Assembly (NCBI GenBank): GCA_963736855.1
Contig: CAVTQK010000009.1
Location: 160,001 to 224,000 of the forward strand
Length of the DNA stretch: 64,000 nt
Reading direction: 5' to 3'
Source: an uncultured delta proteobacterium
Lineage (GTDB): Bacteria > Desulfobacterota > Desulfobacteria > Desulfobacterales > UBA2156
Below the pieces are notes generated by a model. It had not been told where the DNA came from and ran no database searches. It saw only the letters and a list, made by a program, of their open reading frames with translations. Each line of letters opens with the position of its first letter. The stretch's first letter is position 1. Positions 61,690-64,000 of this stretch are shown here, in pieces. Both the position numbers and the translations under genes were made by a program.

Positions 61690-62874
61690 TCAGCGCTCTA
61701 CCAGCGCCACCCGCCGGTTGTACCAGTTCATGAGAGCCGAAGTGGCCAGACTGAAAAAAAGGTAAACGACCATGATCAATGCAACCCCTTCGATGGATTG
61801 GCCTGTCTGGTTGATAGTGGTATTGGCTACGGAGACAAAGTCCGGAAAGCCGATAGCCACAGCCAACGAACTGTTTTTGGTCAGGTTAAGCATCTGGCTG
61901 GTCAAAGGCGGCAAGATGACTCTTAAAGCCTGGGGCAGGATCACCAGAGTCAATAACTGTCCGGATTTTAACCCGATGGACATGGCGGCTTCCCTCTGGC
62001 CTTTCCCTACTGATTGGATTCCGGCCCTCACCACCTCCGCCACGAACGCCGCCGTATAAAGAGTCAGCCCCATGAGCAACGCCATGAATTCCGGGCTCAA
62101 GGTCCATCCGCCTTCAAAATTGAAACCTGAGAGTCTAGGAATATTCATCTTCATGGGTGCGCCGAATGCCGACCAGACGATCAGCGGAAGGCCGATGATC
62201 ATCAGTACGGAGGATTTGAATACCGGAAAGAGCTTTCCTGTCATCTCCTGCCGCTTCCTGGCCCAGTGCCTCAGACAGAAAGATAGGAAGACGCCCAGAA
62301 TAAAAGCCGACAGCATATATAAATAGGCCGCGTGGAATTCAGGGACCGCGAACATGACGCCGCGATTGCACATAAATACACCGCGCATGGGATTCAGGGC
62401 TTGCCGCGGCGGAGGGAGGGATTCGTAAAAGATGGCATACCAGAAAAAGAGCTGGAGGAGGACAGGAATGTCCTGCATGACTTCGATGAAAGATCCGGCG
62501 AGCCTGGAAACCAGCCAGTTTTTCGACAGACGGGCAATCCCGATCAATGTCCCGAGAAAAATCGTCAGCACGATCCCGACGAAGGCCACCTTGACCGTGT
62601 TCAAGACTCCCGCCAACAAAGCCTTTGCGTAAGTGTCGGCGGCGGAATAGGAAATCAGGGATTCCCCGATTTCAAATGCCGACTCCTTTTTTAAAAAACC
62701 GAAACCGGTGGCGATATTCTGTTTTTCAAGATTGTTGAGAACATTGGAAATGAGGTACCAGGAAAGCAGTCCCACCAGGCATAACGTGCCGATCTGGGCC
62801 GCAACCGACCGCTTTTTCGGATCGAACCAGAAGGGAACGCTTTCAGGAGACATTCTATTTGTCATCCTGGCCAT
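61690..62874 (-). CDS. aapQ: Amino acid ABC transporter permease (AapQ/BztB-like)
   Basis: TGFGFL, IARLSKNW, PVLLQL, AEVVRAGI, KNSSLAVAIG. Confidence 0.9.
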   Translation of the reverse strand: MARMTNRMSPESVPFWFDPKKRSVAAQIGTLCLVGLLSWYLISNVLNNLEKQNIATGFGFLKKESAFEIGESLISYSAADTYAKALLAGVLNTVKVAFVGIVLTIFLGTLIGIARLSKNWLVSRLAGSFIEVMQDIPVLLQLFFWYAIFYESLPPPRQALNPMRGVFMCNRGVMFAVPEFHAAYLYMLSAFILGVFLSFCLRHWARKRQEMTGKLFPVFKSSVLMIIGLPLIVWSAFGAPMKMNIPRLSGFNFEGGWTLSPEFMALLMGLTLYTAAFVAEVVRAGIQSVGKGQREAAMSIGLKSGQLLTLVILPQALRVILPPLTSQMLNLTKNSSLAVAIGFPDFVSVANTTINQTGQSIEGVALIMVVYLFFSLATSALMNWYNRRVALVER

Positions 62875-62908
62875 TTCTTAAAATCGGGTGATCAAACAAG
62901 AAGGATTT

Positions 62909-62941
62909 AGCCTGCCTCCATCCTTCTGATGGAAGCAGGCT
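62909..62941. other. Intercistronic stem-loop after the binding-protein gene
   Basis: AGCCTGCCTCCATC-CTTCT-GATGGAAGCAGGCT. Confidence 0.6.
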
Positions 62942-62992
62942 TTTGATCCAATCAACTCAGAAGATGCCCGGAAGGCACCCCCGGCTCATCGA

Positions 62993-64000
62993 TTATCTTA
63001 AGGGCGCGGCATACATTAGGCCGCCTGCCGTCCAGATGGCATTGAGTCCGCGCTCCAGTTTCAGCGGCGTATTGACACCCACGTTTCGCTCAAAGATCTC
63101 CCCATAGTTACCCACCTGCTTGATGATATTGTATGCCCAGTGCTCATCCAGCCCCAGGGCCTTGCCCAGGCCGGGCGTTACACCGAGAAAACGCTGGATT
63201 TCAGGATCATTGCTCTTGAGCATTTCATCGATGTTCTTGGAGGTGATGCCGAACTCTTCGGCCTGAATTAGCGCCATCACCGTCCAGTTGACGATGTCGA
63301 ACCACTGATCATCTCCATGACGAACCACAGGAGCAAGGGGTTCCTTTGAAATGATTTCCGGAAGCAATACATAATCATTCGGATTGGGAGCCACCGATCG
63401 CTGGGCAGCAAGCTGGGAGGCGTCGGAAGTGAGACAATCGCACCGGCCGGCAAAAAACGCCTTATTCAGTTCCGCGTTCTGCTCGATGACAACCGGTTTC
63501 CACTCCATCTTATTCTTTCGGAAAAAATCTGCTGCATTCAATTCGGTGGTTGTGCCCGGCAGAACGCAAACAGTGGCCCCCTTGAGTTCTTTGGCACTTT
63601 TTACACCCAGCTTTTTCGGGACTAAAAATCCTTGGCCGTCGTAATAAGTGACATGCACAAAGTTCAGTCCGTTAATGGTTTCCCGGGTAAGGGTCTGGGT
63701 GGTATTCCGGCACAGCACATCGATTTCCTTGGATTGAAGGGCAGGCAGACGCTGCACAGCGGTCATTGCCGCATACTTTACTTTCCCGGAATCTCCGAAA
63801 ACAGCAGCAGCAATGGCCTTGGCCGTGTCTACATCGAGTCCCTTCCAGACCCCCTTTTCATCGGGCATGCTGAAACCGAACACTCCGCCATTAACCCCGA
63901 CGATGAGATGCCCCCTGGCCTTGACCTCCTCCAGGGTACCCGAGTATGCCTGACCAGCGGTAAAAATCATTACCGCCAATCCCAAAACGAAAAAGAACGC
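62993..64000 (-). CDS. aapJ: Amino acid ABC transporter substrate-binding protein (AapJ/BztA-like), start outside window
   Basis: GLDVD, RNTT.T.TR, YYDGQGF, GTTTE, ISKEPL, VGNYGEIFERN. Confidence 0.92.
   Translation of the reverse strand, partial: AFFFVLGLAVMIFTAGQAYSGTLEEVKARGHLIVGVNGGVFGFSMPDEKGVWKGLDVDTAKAIAAAVFGDSGKVKYAAMTAVQRLPALQSKEIDVLCRNTTQTLTRETINGLNFVHVTYYDGQGFLVPKKLGVKSAKELKGATVCVLPGTTTELNAADFFRKNKMEWKPVVIEQNAELNKAFFAGRCDCLTSDASQLAAQRSVAPNPNDYVLLPEIISKEPLAPVVRHGDDQWFDIVNWTVMALIQAEEFGITSKNIDEMLKSNDPEIQRFLGVTPGLGKALGLDEHWAYNIIKQVGNYGEIFERNVGVNTPLKLERGLNAIWTAGGLMYAAPLR

Overview
64 kb of bacterial chromosome, inferred to be Desulfobacterota (delta-proteobacteria) from a Sec-containing HesB-like gene, the gene content and its palindromic repeats. 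It is mostly housekeeping: mutY, ndk, lepA, nadC, valS, rsmE, hsp20-lon, msrAB, clpB, ridA and an AapJQMP-like ABC transporter. No rRNA, tRNA, CRISPR array, prophage or autonomous IS was seen. The main feature is a ~13.5 kb minus-strand aromatic amino acid supraoperon: DAHPS-aroB-[chorismate mutase/aroE fusion]-aroA-aroK-aroC-tyrA-pheA-aroQ, then trpE-G-D-C-F. It has two unannotated leader-peptide attenuators. The first, MYIYRSWQNFYWFYFSRRHLPMD, contains Phe, Tyr and Trp and has a visible terminator/antiterminator pair. The second is a Trp leader ahead of trpE. Other features missed by the ORF track are a UGA-recoded selenoprotein, a 44-aa truncated J-domain ahead of clpB, two MITE-like copies with target-site duplications, a structured ~300-nt valS leader, a partial hybrid sensor kinase and three single-base frame disruptions that may be assembly errors. 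Unusual fusions include rhomboid-DnaJ_C, HAD-AIR synthase-like and MutY-Nudix. All calls come from manual reading; no database searches were run.
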